DNA of 42,077 bases, taken from Nemertoderma westbladi (taxonomy: Eukaryota > Animalia > Xenacoelomorpha). How positions within the stretch are numbered: the first letter of the stretch is position 1; every line of letters starts with the position of its first letter. Below are positions 1-12,600 of the stretch, one piece after another. The notes beneath the pieces are model-generated. The model was not told the origin of the DNA. It saw nothing but the letters and a program-made list of their open reading frames with translations, and did no database searches. The position numbers and the translations under genes are program-made. The stretch covers positions 1 to 42,077 of the forward strand of contig JAUCBJ010008051.1 in assembly GCA_032718475.1 (NCBI GenBank), in the 5' to 3' direction.

Positions 1-1206
1 ACCGAGACCACATTAGTACGTGTTCACTCTGACATCCTGTCCGCCATGGACAACCAAAAGGTCACCCTCCTCGTCTTCATCGACCTCAGCGCAGCCTTTG
101 ATACTGTGGATAGGGAACTCCTACTTGAAACCCTTCGTACAAAGGTGAACATAACCAATGTCGCGCATGATTGGTTTAAATCATACATAGGTAACAGGCG
201 ACAGCGAGTAAAAGTACAAGGATGTTTCTCCCGGACCTTCTGTGTGCTCCACGGATTTCCTCAGGGATCATGTCTCGGCTGTATCCTCTTCATCATCTAC
301 ATTGCCCAAATCTACATCATCATACAGCGTCATCTACCTGAGGCTCAAGGGTATGCTGATGATGTACAATTATACCTTTCATTTAAGCCAGATTGTCTCA
401 CATCCGAAGATTCAGCCATCCGCTCTATGGAAAACTGCATCAAAGAACTTAGACAGTGGTTCATCGAAAACTGGCTAAAGATAAATGATGACAAGACCGA
501 ACTCATGATAATTGGCACACTGCAGCAACTAGCCAAAGTTAGCAGCACCTCAATCATTGTTGGCGATCATGTAATCGAGTCCTCTGCGAAGGTTCGTAAC
601 CTTGGTGCAATTTTTGATGATCATATGTCAATGCAATCTTTTATTTCCACCACAACTAGCAGTGCCTTCTACCATCTCCGTAACATACATAGGATCCGAC
701 CATTTCTCTCTCGAAAAAGCACCGAACCCCTTATTCATGCATTCATTTCCAGTAAACTCGATTATTGCAACGCCCTTCTCTATGGCCTTCCAAACACCAA
801 AATCAAAAAACTTCAACGAATACAAAATACAGCCGCCAGATTGGTCGTGCATGGATCTCGCTATGATCACATCACACCAATATTGCAATCCCTTCATTGG
901 CTACCCATCCGCTCCCGTATCGAATTTAAAATATGTTTATTGACATTCAAATGCCTCAACAACATCTGTCCAGCTTACCTAATCGACCTTCTCAATCTCT
1001 ATAGTAACCCACACAACAGCCGATCTTCAAACTCATTGGTCCTACGTGTTCCACCACATAAACACTCAACCCTCGGTGGACGTGCGTTCGCTGTCTCCGC
1101 GCCGGCACTTTGGAACAAACTACCACGCGATATCCGACTCTCAGTCAACCTCGACAAATTTAAACGGTTACTCAAAACTCACCTCTATAATCGTGCATTC
1201 AACTAA
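1..1206 (+). CDS. Reverse transcriptase C-terminal part of an L2/CR1-group non-LTR retrotransposon ORF2 (5' end lies outside the window)
   Basis: Frame is open from base 1 (TETTLVRVHSDIL...). RT motifs DLSAAFDTVD, GFPQGSCLG, YADD and LKINDDKTE, then the L2/Crack-type tail SKLDYCN...HITPILQSLHWLP...FKRLLKTHL. Confidence 0.93.
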   Translation, partial: TETTLVRVHSDILSAMDNQKVTLLVFIDLSAAFDTVDRELLLETLRTKVNITNVAHDWFKSYIGNRRQRVKVQGCFSRTFCVLHGFPQGSCLGCILFIIYIAQIYIIIQRHLPEAQGYADDVQLYLSFKPDCLTSEDSAIRSMENCIKELRQWFIENWLKINDDKTELMIIGTLQQLAKVSSTSIIVGDHVIESSAKVRNLGAIFDDHMSMQSFISTTTSSAFYHLRNIHRIRPFLSRKSTEPLIHAFISSKLDYCNALLYGLPNTKIKKLQRIQNTAARLVVHGSRYDHITPILQSLHWLPIRSRIEFKICLLTFKCLNNICPAYLIDLLNLYSNPHNSRSSNSLVLRVPPHKHSTLGGRAFAVSAPALWNKLPRDIRLSVNLDKFKRLLKTHLYNRAFN

Positions 1207-1432
1207 AAACTGTTTTATTCGAACTCATGTATCGTATAACATTATTTTATTTAATCATTTTACAGTACAGTACTCCTGGCCCAAAAATAACTACGGGTCT
1301 TTTAAACGACATGTATTTTACTTTTTACTTAAGGAGAGTGCTCAGCGCTTAGAATAATTACTTGTTTTTTAAATAAGCGCTTTATAAATATTGAATTATT
1401 ATTATTATTATTATATAATAATAATAATAATA
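1..1432 (+). mobile_element. LINE (L2/Crack/Daphne-like) 3' portion with 3' UTR and (TTA)n tail
   Basis: RT ORF followed by a ~200-bp UTR with an AGCGCT...AGCGCT stem-loop (1345-1381) and a (TTA)n/(TAA)n microsatellite tail at ~1395-1432. Confidence 0.85.
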
Positions 1433-1854
1433 ATTGCAGTAACCATGGAAGCAATATACATGAATTTCATCGTTACGGAATTACATTTCGCACGACTTTT
1501 CCCAGATAAAGTGTTACCTGGTGTTTCGAAGATGACTTAAATGAACGTTAATTTGTGGAGCATAGTAAGACAAATTATCAGAGAACATTTTGGTTTCGTT
1601 AGTTTTTTTCAATTTGCCTCGGATTTATTATTTTTAATATCACAAACATTACGTTACCGAATTACACAAAATGACTAGTCTTTTTTTTATTTTTTTAAAA
1701 GTGAAAGTTCTGCAAATTATTGAGTTTTTAATTTTAACTAAACAAATTGCACATAAGTAAAAAAAATAATAATTACAAACCATATCGTTACGGAATTTCG
1801 TGCGAATTTGCGAAGTAATTGAACTAGGATAATTGTTTTTGTTATATACATAGA

Positions 1855-2372
1855 ACACCATGGCCCGGAATATAGTGTCATAATTAATTGACACGACCCC
1901 CTGCCAATTTTTTTACAAGTCTTAATGACATTGATTGAATTTTGAAAGAGAGAGGATTTCATTTCCGGAACACTTAGTGAGAGAGCCGAAGTTTTTATTT
2001 TTGCTTTCAATCTTTACCTACAAGTGTTTAAAAAAAGAGTCGCCGGAGATATTGCACCAGTTACACTGCAGCTATTTCCCAACCAAATTCAAATGTTTTT
2101 ACATCCTTGGAATCCTTGCACAAGCCAGCTTTACATCAGCACCAACATATCACTATAAGGTTGAAGAATAACTGCGGTGGAACTGGTGCAATATCGGCGG
2201 AGACTCTTTTTTTATCGCTTGTAGCTAAAGATTGAAAGCAAAAATAAAAATAATGGCTCATCATCTCATTTATCATTACGATTTGTAGAAATATTTGGGG
2301 GGGGGGGGGGTTGGGGGGGGGGGGGGGGGCTCGTTTCATTGAATTACGACACTATATTCCGGGCCATGGTGT
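1855..2372. mobile_element. MITE with ~31-bp TIRs
   Basis: ACACCATGGCCCGGAATATAGTGTCATAATT on the left; AATTACGACACTATATTCCGGGCCATGGTGT on the right (one mismatch). Internal poly-G run at ~2297-2329. No clear TSD. Confidence 0.75.
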
Positions 2373-2424
2373 ATAAAAATGGTAATTTAATACAATACTT
2401 TGAATGCCAACGTTAGAGGTAACG

Positions 2425-3215
2425 ACACTAACGTCTCTCAGTGCACCAGTCTACACCCCTAATGTCTCGCTGTGTACCAATCCACACCAACACTAACGTC
2501 TCGTATTGTACCAGTCTACACCAACAATAACGTATCGCAGTGCACCAGTCTAAACCAACACTAAAGTCTCGCAGTGTACCAGTCTACACCAACATTAACG
2601 TCTCTCAGTGTACCAGTCTAAACCAACACTAATGTCTTAGTATGCCAGTCTACACCAAAATTAACGTCTCTCAGTGTACCAGTCTACACCAACACTATCG
2701 CCTTGCTGTGTACCAGTCTACACCAACAATAACGTCTCGTAGTGCACCAGGCTAAACCAACACTAAAGTCTCGCAGTGTACCAGTCTAAACCAACACTAA
2801 AGTCTCGAAGTGTACCAGTCTACACCAACACTAACGTCTCCCAGTGTACCAGTCTACACCAACACTAACGCCTCGCTGTGTACCAGTCTACACCAACACT
2901 AACGTCTCGCAGTGTACCAGTCTAAACCAACACTAAAGTCTCAGTGTGCCAGTCTACACCAAAATTAACGTCTCTCAGTGTACCAGTCTACACCAACACT
3001 AACGTCCCTCAGTGTACCAGTCTACACCAACACTAACGTCTCCCAGTGTACCAGTCTACACCAACACTAATGTATCGCAGTGTACCAGTCTACACCAACG
3101 CTAACGTCGCTTAGTGTACCAGTCTACACCACAATAAAGTCTCGCAGTGTACCAGTCGACACCGCCAATAACGTCTCACAGTGAACCACAATCTACACCA
3201 AGACTAACGTCACGC
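2425..3215 (+). repeat. 34-bp minisatellite, about 23 diverged copies
   Basis: Consensus AGTGTACCAGTCTACACCAACACTAACGTCTCGC repeated head-to-tail. Confidence 0.92.
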
Positions 3216-3833
3216 ATTGTTGGAAAGTTGTAATTCCGTAACGTAATTCCATAACGTGAAATTGTAATTCCGTAACGAAAATATCTCGACTTATATAACA
3301 TATTGCCACAAAAGGAAAATAATTGCGTATTGCCCAGCGGTTAGAGGAAGAGAATTTAAAATTTGAATGTCACATGTTGAGTAGTTTAAAAGCTATTTTA
3401 AAAAATGTCATGTTTTCGTTACGGAATTACGAAATTCGCAATAGCGTATTGTTATTTTTTCAAACGAAGTTGATTGATCTCTAGGAAACCAAAATTAATT
3501 TATTTCTTAACTACAACCGAGGTTGAACCATCACTCACACAGGCAATTAGACAGACTAGGATTAATGTTATTATAATCACTCAATCCCTTAATTGTAGGC
3601 AAAATTCGCAGAGATTTTGGAAAATGTTAAAAATGTACAGTCAATTTCAACTTGCAAGTAGGAGCCCATACATAACGGAATTTGCTTCCAATTTCTCATT
3701 TCAGATACTTTAGGATGGATGTTAGGCATGAGATCCAAACACTAAAAAGATTAACTGTGAAGGTTTTTTTTATGAGCCCCTATGTCCGTTTATTCGTGAA
3801 ATTCATGTATAGTACAATACTATAGTACAATAC

Positions 3834-3891
3834 AATAGTGTTAAAAATAAATTGAACTGGTATACCAGTTCAATTTATTTTTAACACTATT
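3834..3891. repeat. Perfect 58-bp palindrome with no spacer
   Basis: AATAGTGTTAAAAATAAATTGAACTGGTA|TACCAGTTCAATTTATTTTTAACACTATT. Confidence 0.95.
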
Positions 3892-3967
3892 TTGTTCAAT
3901 CTTTTATTAAAGGATTGAGCAACAAAAAGTACCAATTTAATAATTTAATAATTTAATCGTGGGAAAT

Positions 3968-4432
3968 ACGTATTACATGCGAAAAAAAGGTAGAAAATTA
4001 TTAAAAATATATATAAAATACAGTAGGCCTACTTCGAGAATAGTAGAAAAAAGTTGTACTTTTTTCACCATGTAATAAATAATTATTTTATATTTGCGTA
4101 TTACACGTACACGTATTACATTACATTACATTACATTACATTACATTACAAATTAAATGAAATTATATTATTAAAAATATATATAAAATACAGTAGGCCT
4201 ACTTCGAGAATAGTAGAAAAAAGTTGTACTTTTTTCACCATGTAATAAATAATTATTTTATATTTGCGTATTACACGTACACGTATTACATTACATTACA
4301 TTACACGTATTACATGCGAAAAAAAGGTAGAAAATTATTAAAAATATATATAAAATACAGTAGGCCTACTTCGAGAATAGTAGAAAAAAGTTGTACTTTT
4401 TTCACCATGCAATAAATAATTATTTTATATTT
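3968..4432 (+). repeat. Local ~170-bp tandem triplication containing a (TTACA)n microsatellite
   Basis: CAGTAGGCCTACTTCGAGAATAGTAGAAAAAAGTTGTAC recurs at ~4021, 4189 and 4358. Confidence 0.9.
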
Positions 4433-4538
4433 TACTGTTGGCCAAATTATGCCAAAAAATAATATGTATGTAGCCTACATTATTCCATTAGGGACGAGGG
4501 GGTGGGGTCCGTACCTGACAAGATTGTAGCATAGCACT

Positions 4539-4720
4539 GGTGAGTACAAAACAAAGACTCAAGACCTGTACAAAAGCCTGTGTTAACTTTCGTTTATTGT
4601 TTTGGTTCCCCCAACACACCTCTGTAACCTGCTCCTTTACTAACCTGCTCCTTTAATGGCAATGGAACCTAACGCTCTTTGGAATCTAATTCGACTTTAC
4701 CTCTTTGTTTTGTACTCACC
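4539..4720. mobile_element. Small MITE with 19-bp TIRs
   Basis: GGTGAGTACAAAACAAAGA ... TCTTTGTTTTGTACTCACC. The interior carries the GTTTATTGTTTTGGTT...CTGTAACCTGCTCCTTT motif. Confidence 0.65.
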
Positions 4721-4985
4721 CACCAGAGTACAGCTATTGTATTATAGACTAGCATCGGAAGGAACTTCTATTCATCAAGCTGTGTATATTACATTACAGT
4801 AGACCCCCTCACGTAGCAAATAATTGTTTCTGCAATTTGTTTCTGAAACTTGATGCTGGACTCCTCACACTCGGTAAACTCTTTGCGCTCAAAAAAATAC
4901 CAGTTATTTCCAAATAATAGTTAACATATACACTCCTCACACACGGGAAACTTGTTGCTCAAGAAAATAACAATTATTTAATAAC

Positions 4986-6216
4986 TATTTACATCATTAT
5001 TTGCCAAGTAGCACTTTGCAGCGTTATGACCCGAGTTTATTTATGTACCGAGCGAGCGCAGCGAGGGAGGTTTACATAAATAAACAAGGGTCTTTAACGC
5101 TGAGAAGTTACCTTTGCAAGTATTAATTATCTAATATCTTAATAATCTCCTGCATGGATGTGATAAATCAGTAATCCATCTAGACTATAGTCGACTGAAG
5201 CTAATTTAGTCACCATCTGTGTCCGTTCAGTTTTACTGAACAATGTCGGGACTGTCGCTAAAGTGTCTTCTATTGGACATTTCGCCATAATGGCGAAATT
5301 TAATCCCCCACTCCCACCCCCATGGCTCGCCCCACCTACCTCGCCCAAGGCGTCCACCCCCATGGCTCGCCCCACTCACCTCGTTCAAGGCCTCCCCCAC
5401 TCCCACCTCAATGGCTCGCCCCACTCAACTCGTTCAAGGCGTCCCCCACTCCCACCTCCATGGCTCACCCTATTCACCTCGTCAAAGGTCTCCCCCACTC
5501 CCACCTCCATGGCTCACCCTATTCACCTCGTTCAAGGCCTCCCCCACTCCCACCTCAATGGCTCGCCCCACTCAACTCGTTCAAGGCCTCCCCCACTCCC
5601 ACCTCCATGGCTCACCCTATTCACCTCGTTCAAGGTCTCCTCCACTCCCACCTCCATGGCTCACCCTATTCACCTCGTTCAAGGCCTCCCCCACTCCCAC
5701 CTCAATGGCTCGCCCCACTCAACTCGTTCAAGGCCTCCCCCACTCCCACCTCCATGGCTCACCCTATTCACCTCGTTCAAGGTCTCCTCCACTCCCACCT
5801 CCATGGCTCACCCTATTCACCTCGTTCAAGGCCTCCCCCACTCCCACCTCAATGGCTCGCCCCACTCAACTCGTTCAAGGCGTCCCCCACTCCCACCTCC
5901 ATGGCTCACCCTATTCACCTCGTCAACGGTCTCCTCCACTCCCACCTCCATGGCTCACCCTATTCACCTCGTGACCTCGTCACCTATTCACTCCTACCTC
6001 TATGGCTCGCCACACTCACCTGGCTAGTCCCGTCCCGTCACTGCAAACTGGATAATAAAGCAGCACTTCTTAACATAAATGGAAATAATGCATTTTAGAA
6101 TACGGTAATTGAAGTTGTTTCCATGTTATTGATTACTTTGCAGCGTTATGTCCTATAGGCCGCAACGCTGCAAAGTGGTACTTTGCAGCGTTGCGAGTAT
6201 ATTTAATGATGAAATA
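4986..6216. mobile_element. Hairpin-ended non-autonomous element carrying a minisatellite (possibly Crypton- or Helentron-type)
   Basis: Terminal inverted match TATTT(A)CATCATTA / TAATGATGAAATA. Left hairpin (~5005-5120) is centred on CGAGCGAGCGCAGCGAG. ACTTTGCAGCGTT recurs in the right-end hairpin (6135-6193). Family is inferred. Confidence 0.5.
5305..6020 (+). repeat. 49-bp C-rich minisatellite (~14-15 copies) with a 147-bp higher-order period
   Basis: Unit CCACCTCCATGGCTCACCCTATTCACCTCGTTCAAGGCCTCCCCCACTC. The variant AATGGCTCGCCCCACTCAACTCG recurs at 5411, 5558, 5705 and 5852. Confidence 0.95.
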
Positions 6217-6324
6217 TGTCAAAAAATTTATATAATAAAAAAGTTAAAACACAGTATTTCTAAAAATCACTTAATTAATTAAATCAATTTAGGCTGTCGG
6301 CTGTGATTTTGTTTAATTTTCAAA

Positions 6325-6466
6325 AGTCGAATCGAATCAAATGTTTTCCTTCGATTTTCGATTCGATTTCAGTGTTTTTCGATTCGATTCGATTTCTTGA
6401 AAAATCGCTTTCGATTCGATTTCGACCCAGTGAAATTCGCTCGATTCTATTCGATCCCAGTCCCTG
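6325..6466. mobile_element. hAT-like transposon end with TTCGA subterminal repeats
   Basis: Dense (TTCGA)n / TCGATT repeats ending in GATCCCAGTCCCTG (reverse complement CAGGGACTGGGATC). The partner end was not found. Confidence 0.45.
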
Positions 6467-6614
6467 GTACCCGGTGTTATTTTTTTGTGCTCTTTCTATT
6501 TTCGACTGTGTTCGGCAGTTTTTCGAGTGTGTTCTTGTGTGTTCGCTTGTGTTCTGTAAAGAGAACTATCCAAGTATTTGTATGGAAAGGGTTTTGGGAT
6601 TCGGACAGCAGTAA

Positions 6615-9600
6615 GTGGGATGGAAGGAATGGGGCGGGAATGGGCCTATCGGCCGGCGTGAGATTGTTGTGAGTGGGATGGAAGGAATGGGGCGGGAATG
6701 GGCCTATCGGCCGGCGTGAGATTGTTGTGAGTGGGATGGAAGGAATGGGGCGGGAATGGGCCTATCGGCCGGCGTGAGATTGTTGTGAGTGGGATGGAAG
6801 GAATGGGGCGGGAATGGGCCTATCGGCCGGCGTGAGATTGTTGTGAGTGGGATGGAAGGAATGGGGCGGGAATGGGCCTATCGGCCGGCGTGAGATTGTT
6901 GTGAGTGGGATGGAAGGAATGGGGCGGGAATGGGCCTATCGGCCGGCGTGAGATTGTTGTGAGTGGGATGGAAGGAATGGGGCGGGAATGGGCCTATCGG
7001 CCGGCGTGAGATTGTTGTGAGTGGGATGGAAGGAATGGGGCGGGAATGGGCCTATCAGCCGGCGTGAGATTGTTGTGAGTGGGATGGAAGGAATGGGGCG
7101 GGAATGGGCCTATCGGCCGGCGTGAGATTGTTGTGAGTGGGATGGAAGGAATGGGGCGGGAATGGGCCTATCGGCCGGCGTGAGATTGTTGTGAGTGGGA
7201 TGGAAGGAATGGGGCGGGAATGGGCCTATCGGCCGGCGTGAGATTGTTGTGAGTGGGATGGAAGGAATGGGGCGGGAATGGGCCTATCGGCCGGCGTGAG
7301 ATTGTTGTGAGTGGGATGGAAGGAATGGGGCGGGAATGGGCCTATCGGCCGGCGTGAGATTGTTGTGAGTGGGATGGAAGGAATGGGGCGGGAATGGGCC
7401 TATCGGCCGGCGTGAGATTGTTGTGAGTGGGATGGAAGGAATGGGGCGGGAATGGGCCTATCGGCCGGCGTGAGATTGTTGTGAGTGGGATGGAAGGAAT
7501 GGGGCGGGAATGGGCCTATCGGCCGGCGTGAGATTGTTGTGAGTGGGATGGAAGGAATGGGGCGGGAATGGGCCTATCGGCCGGCGTGAGATTGTTGTGA
7601 GTGGGATGGAAGGAATGGGGCGGGAATGGGCCTATCGGCCGGCGTGAGATTGTTGTGAGTGGGATGGAAGGAATGGGGCGGGAATGGGCCTATCGGCCGG
7701 CGTGAGATCGTTGTGAGTGGGATGGAAGGAATGGGGCGGGAATGGGCCTATCGGCCGGCGTGAGATTGTTGTGAGTGGGATGGAAGGAATGGGGCGGGAA
7801 TGGGCCTATCGGCCGGCGTGAGATTGTTGTGAGTGGGATGGAAGGAATGGGGCGGGAATGGGCCTATCGGCCGGCGTGAGATTGTTGTGAGTGGGATGGA
7901 AGGAATGGGGCGGGAATGGGCCTATCGGCCGGCGTGAGATTGTTGTGAGTGGGATGGAAGGAATGGGGCGGGAATGGGCCTATCGGCCGGCGTGAGATTG
8001 TTGTGAGTGGGATGGAAGGAATGGGGCGGGAATGGGCCTATCGGCCGGCGTGAGATTGTTGTGAGTGGGATGGAAGGAATGGGGCGGGAATGGGCCTATC
8101 GGCCGGCGTGAGATTGTTGTGAGTGGGATGGAAGGAATGGGGCGGGAATGGGCCTATCGGCCGGCGTGAGATTGTTGTGAGTGGGATGGAAGGAATGGGG
8201 CGGGAATGGGCCTATCGGCCGGCGTGAGATTGTTGTGAGTGGGATGGAAGGAATGGGGCGGGAATGGGCCTATCGGCCGGCGTGAGATTGTTGTGAGTGG
8301 GATGGAAGGAATGGGGCGGGAATGGGCCTATCGGCCGGCGTGAGATCGTTGTGAGTGGGATGGAAGGAATGGGGCGGGAATGGGCCTATCGGCCGGCGTG
8401 AGATTGTTGTGAGTGGGATGGAAGGAATGGGGCGGGAATGGGCCTATCGGCCGGCGTGAGATTGTTGTGAGTGGGATGGAAGGAATGGGGCGGGAATGGG
8501 CCTATCGGCCGGCGTGAGATTGTTGTGAGTGGGATGGAAGGAATGGGGCGGGAATGGGCCTATCGGCCGGCGTGAGATTGTTGTGAGTGGGATGGAAGGA
8601 ATGGGGCGGGAATGGGCCTATCAGCCGGCGTGAGATTGTTGTGAGTGGGATGGAAGGAATGGGGCGGGAATGGGCCTATCGGCCGGCGTGAGATTGTTGT
8701 GAGTGGGATGGAAGGAATGGGGCGGGAATGGGCCTATCGGCCGGCGTGAGATTGTTGTGAGTGGGATGGAAGGAATGGGGCGGGAATGGGCCTATCAGCC
8801 GGCGTGAGATTGTTGTGAGTGGGATGGAAGGAATGGGGCGGGAATGGGCCTATCAGCCGGCGTGAGATTGTTGTGAGTGGGATGGAAGGAATGGGGCGGG
8901 AATGGGCCTATCGGCCGGCGTGAGATTGTTGTGAGTGGGATGGAAGGAATGGGGCGGGAATGGGCCTATCGGCCGGCGTGAGATTGTTGTGAGTGGGATG
9001 GAAGGAATGGGGCGGGAATGGGCCTATCGGCCGGCGTGAGATTGTTGTGAGTGGGATGGAAGGAATGGGGCGGGAATGGGCCTATCGGCCGGCGTGAGAT
9101 TGTTGTGAGTGGGATGGAAGGAATGGGGCGGGAATGGGCCTATCGGCCGGCGTGAGATTGTTGTGAGTGGGATGGAAGGAATGGGGCGGGAATGGGCCTA
9201 TCGGCCGGCGTGAGATTGTTGTGAGTGGGATGGAAGGAATGGGGCGGGAATGGGCCTATCGGCCGGCGTGAGATTGTTGTGAGTGGGATGGAAGGAATGG
9301 GGCGGGAATGGGCCTATCGGCCGGCGTGAGATTGTTGTGAGTGGGATGGAAGGAATGGGGCGGGAATGGGCCTATCGGCCGGCGTGAGATTGTTGTGAGT
9401 GGGATGGAAGGAATGGGGCGGGAATGGGCCTATCGGCCGGCGTGAGATTGTTGTGAGTGGGATGGAAGGAATGGGGCGGGAATGGGCCTATCGGCCGGCG
9501 TGAGATTGTTGTGAGTGGGATGGAAGGAATGGGGCGGGAATGGGCCTATCGGCCGGCGTGAGATTGTTGTGAGTGGGATGGAAGGAATGGGGCGGGAATG

Positions 9601-12600
9601 GGCCTATCGGCCGGCGTGAGATTGTTGTGAGTGGGATGGAAGGAATGGGGCGGGAATGGGCCTATCGGCCGGCGTGAGATTGTTGTGAGTGGGATGGAAG
9701 GAATGGGGCGGGAATGGGCCTATCGGCCGGCGTGAGATTGTTGTGAGTGGGATGGAAGGAATGGGGCGGGAATGGGCCTATCGGCCGGCGTGAGATTGTT
9801 GTGAGTGGGATGGAAGGAATGGGGCGGGAATGGGCCTATCGGCCGGCGTGAGATTGTTGTGAGTGGGATGGAAGGAATGGGGCGGGAATGGGCCTATCGG
9901 CCGGCGTGAGATTGTTGTGAGTGGGATGGAAGGAATGGGGCGGGAATGGGCCTATCGGCCGGCGTGAGATTGTTGTGAGTGGGATGGAAGGAATGGGGCG
10001 GGAATGGGCCTATCGGCCGGCGTGAGATTGTTGTGAGTGGGATGGAAGGAATGGGGCGGGAATGGGCCTATCGGCCGGCGTGAGATTGTTGTGAGTGGGA
10101 TGGAAGGAATGGGGCGGGAATGGGCCTATCGGCCGGCGTGAGATTGTTGTGAGTGGGATGGAAGGAATGGGGCGGGAATGGGCCTATCGGCCGGCGTGAG
10201 ATTGTTGTGAGTGGGATGGAAGGAATGGGGCGGGAATGGGCCTATCGGCCGGCGTGAGATTGTTGTGAGTGGGATGGAAGGAATGGGGCGGGAATGGGCC
10301 TATCGGCCGGCGTGAGATTGTTGTGAGTGGGATGGAAGGAATGGGGCGGGAATGGGCCTATCGGCCGGCGTGAGATTGTTGTGAGTGGGATGGAAGGAAT
10401 GGGGCGGGAATGGGCCTATCGGCCGGCGTGAGATTGTTGTGAGTGGGATGGAAGGAATGGGGCGGGAATGGGCCTATCGGCCGGCGTGAGATTGTTGTGA
10501 GTGGGATGGAAGGAATGGGGCGGGAATGGGCCTATCGGCCGGCGTGAGATTGTTGTGAGTGGGATGGAAGGAATGGGGCGGGAATGGGCCTATCGGCCGG
10601 CGTGAGATTGTTGTGAGTGGGATGGAAGGAATGGGGCGGGAATGGGCCTATCGGCCGGCGTGAGATTGTTGTGAGTGGGATGGAAGGAATGGGGCGGGAA
10701 TGGGCCTATCGGCCGGCGTGAGATTGTTGTGAGTGGGATGGAAGGAATGGGGCGGGAATGGGCCTATCGGCCGGCGTGAGATTGTTGTGAGTGGGATGGA
10801 AGGAATGGGGCGGGAATGGGCCTATCGGCCGGCGTGAGATTGTTGTGAGTGGGATGGAAGGAATGGGGCGGGAATGGGCCTATCGGCCGGCGTGAGATTG
10901 TTGTGAGTGGGATGGAAGGAATGGGGCGGGAATGGGCCTATCGGCCGGCGTGAGATTGTTGTGAGTGGGATGGAAGGAATGGGGCGGGAATGGGCCTATC
11001 GGCCGGCGTGAGATTGTTGTGAGTGGGATGGAAGGAATGGGGCGGGAATGGGCCTATCGGCCGGCGTGAGATTGTTGTGAGTGGGATGGAAGGAATGGGG
11101 CGGGAATGGGCCTATCGGCCGGCGTGAGATTGTTGTGAGTGGGATGGAAGGAATGGGGCGGGAATGGGCCTATCGGCCGGCGTGAGATTGTTGTGAGTGG
11201 GATGGAAGGAATGGGGCGGGAATGGGCCTATCGGCCGGCGTGAGATTGTTGTGAGTGGGATGGAAGGAATGGGGCGGGAATGGGCCTATCGGCCGGCGTG
11301 AGATTGTTGTGAGTGGGATGGAAGGAATGGGGCGGGAATGGGCCTATCGGCCGGCGTGAGATTGTTGTGAGTGGGATGGAAGGAATGGGGCGGGAATGGG
11401 CCTATCGGCCGGCGTGAGATTGTTGTGAGTGGGATGGAAGGAATGGGGCGGGAATGGGCCTATCGGCCGGCGTGAGATTGTTGTGAGTGGGATGGAAGGA
11501 ATGGGGCGGGAATGGGCCTATCGGCCGGCGTGAGATTGTTGTGAGTGGGATGGAAGGAATGGGGCGGGAATGGGCCTATCGGCCGGCGTGAGATTGTTGT
11601 GAGTGGGATGGAAGGAATGGGGCGGGAATGGGCCTATCGGCCGGCGTGAGATTGTTGTGAGTGGGATGGAAGGAATGGGGCGGGAATGGGCCTATCGGCC
11701 GGCGTGAGATTGTTGTGAGTGGGATGGAAGGAATGGGGCGGGAATGGGCCTATCGGCCGGCGTGAGATTGTTGTGAGTGGGATGGAAGGAATGGGGCGGG
11801 AATGGGCCTATCGGCCGGCGTGAGATTGTTGTGAGTGGGATGGAAGGAATGGGGCGGGAATGGGCCTATCGGCCGGCGTGAGATTGTTGTGAGTGGGATG
11901 GAAGGAATGGGGCGGGAATGGGCCTATCGGCCGGCGTGAGATTGTTGTGAGTGGGATGGAAGGAATGGGGCGGGAATGGGCCTATCGGCCGGCGTGAGAT
12001 TGTTGTGAGTGGGATGGAAGGAATGGGGCGGGAATGGGCCTATCAGCCGGCGTGAGATTGTTGTGAGTGGGATGGAAGGAATGGGGCGGGAATGGGCCTA
12101 TCGGCCGGCGTGAGATTGTTGTGAGTGGGATGGAAGGAATGGGGCGGGAATGGGCCTATCGGCCGGCGTGAGATTGTTGTGAGTGGGATGGAAGGAATGG
12201 GGCGGGAATGGGCCTATCGGCCGGCGTGAGATTGTTGTGAGTGGGATGGCGCCCCCTATCGGCCGGCGTGAGATTGTTGTGAGTGGGATGGAAGGAATGG
12301 GGCGGGAATGGGCCTATCGGCCGGCGTGAGATTGTTGTGAGTGGGATGGAAGGAATGGGGCGGGAATGGGCCTATCGGCCGGCGTGAGATTGTTGTGAGT
12401 GGGATGGAAGGAATGGGGCGGGAATGGGCCTATCAGCCGGCGTGAGATTGTTGTGAGTGGGATGGAAGGAATGGGGCGGGAATGGGCCTATCGGCCGGCG
12501 TGAGATTGTTGTGAGTGGGATGGAAGGAATGGGGCGGGAATGGGCCTATCGGCCGGCGTGAGATTGTTGTGAGTGGGATGGAAGGAATGGGGCGGGAATG

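Larger units (their letters stand above)
1459..3807. mobile_element. Non-autonomous DNA element with short TIRs and TA flanks, carrying nested insertions
   Basis: TA|CATGAATTTCA at 1457-1469 and TGAAATTCATG|TA at 3797-3809. Internal motif CGTTACGGAATT(AC) recurs at ~1471, 1652, 1786 and 3417, and inverted at 3230-3278. Confidence 0.55.

Noticed and set aside
2425-3215. CRISPR-like array (34-bp period); likewise the 49-bp and 58-bp arrays
   Set aside because: Head-to-tail units with no unique spacers, no cas genes, and a eukaryotic context.
5263-6098. Extensin-like Pro-rich genes
   Set aside because: Produced by a stop-free 49-bp minisatellite that cycles through all three frames.
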